DNA of 64,000 bases from a virus. This document shows positions 63,777 through 64,000 of this stretch, in pieces. Every line of letters starts with the position of its first letter. Position 1 is the stretch's first letter. The position numbers and the translations under genes are program-made. Where the stretch lies: positions 1 through 64,000 of the IMG/VR virus record IMGVR_UViG_3300012953_000001, one strand, 5' to 3'. The notes under the pieces are model-generated. The model ran no database searches. It had not been told where the DNA came from and saw only the letters and a program-made list of their open reading frames with translations.

Positions 63777-64000
63777 ATGGGCTGGTGGTCTATTAATAAT
63801 ACGGTGTTGGACGGAGGTATCCACGAAGGTGGTACCGAAATGTTCAATGGAGATGGTCCCGCAGATATCATGGGTGTAGCGCTAGACTCAGTAGTTAAAG
63901 AGTACGAGTCTACCTGGGGACGAAAGCCTTTTAAGGAAGAGCTTCGTGCGGCGTTTAATTTTGTCGCCAATAGCCTAGAGCTAGAGAGCGTAAAAGAGAG
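63777..64000 (+). CDS. Hypothetical protein (runs off the window)
   Basis: GAGGAGG RBS; MGWWS…GDGPADIMGVAL…WGRKP. Confidence 0.6.
   Translation, partial: MGWWSINNTVLDGGIHEGGTEMFNGDGPADIMGVALDSVVKEYESTWGRKPFKEELRAAFNFVANSLELESVKE

Noticed and set aside
1-64000. tRNA, rRNA or CRISPR arrays
   Set aside because: Intergenic space is minimal; no cloverleaf, rRNA-like or regularly spaced repeat was recognised by eye. A tRNAscan/Infernal run would be needed to exclude small ncRNAs.

Overview
This is a 64-kb segment of a large contractile-tailed dsDNA phage (myovirus-like Caudoviricetes), standard genetic code, in three blocks. (1) 1-8.7 kb, + strand: accessory/regulatory genes (ThiF/E1-like enzyme, ParB-like, Ycf46-type AAA ATPase, degenerate RecA-like, DUF2997-like, radical SAM, DUF1257-like, spanin-like pair), flanked by repeated palindromic operators. 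(2) 8.7-53.7 kb, - strand: virion operon with portal, terminase, HK97/assemblin-type prohead protease, scaffolds, major capsid protein, neck, a 1,500-aa tail sheath, tube, spike and holin-like gene. It also contains a 2,090-aa single-chain fusion of RNA polymerase beta and beta-prime. (3) 53.8-64 kb, + strand: replication genes (XRE HTH, SF2 helicase, degenerate UDG, DnaB, primase, Zn-ribbon SSB, family A DNA polymerase). The most striking unexplained pattern is in block 2. About 20 head-module proteins, including the capsid protein N-terminus, carry a recurrent (E)K-x-A-(S/A/G) motif, often in a shared MNALEKYAA-type leader conserved at peptide level. The tagged proteins include a kinase-like protein, a J-domain protein, an SNF2 ATPase with amphipathic tails and many basic glycine-zipper membrane proteins. 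My inference is a capsid-addressing/proteolytic-processing system that loads a transcription/membrane toolkit into the head; this is untested. No tRNA, rRNA, CRISPR array, intein or transposon was recognised. Family assignments come from motifs read by eye, not database searches.
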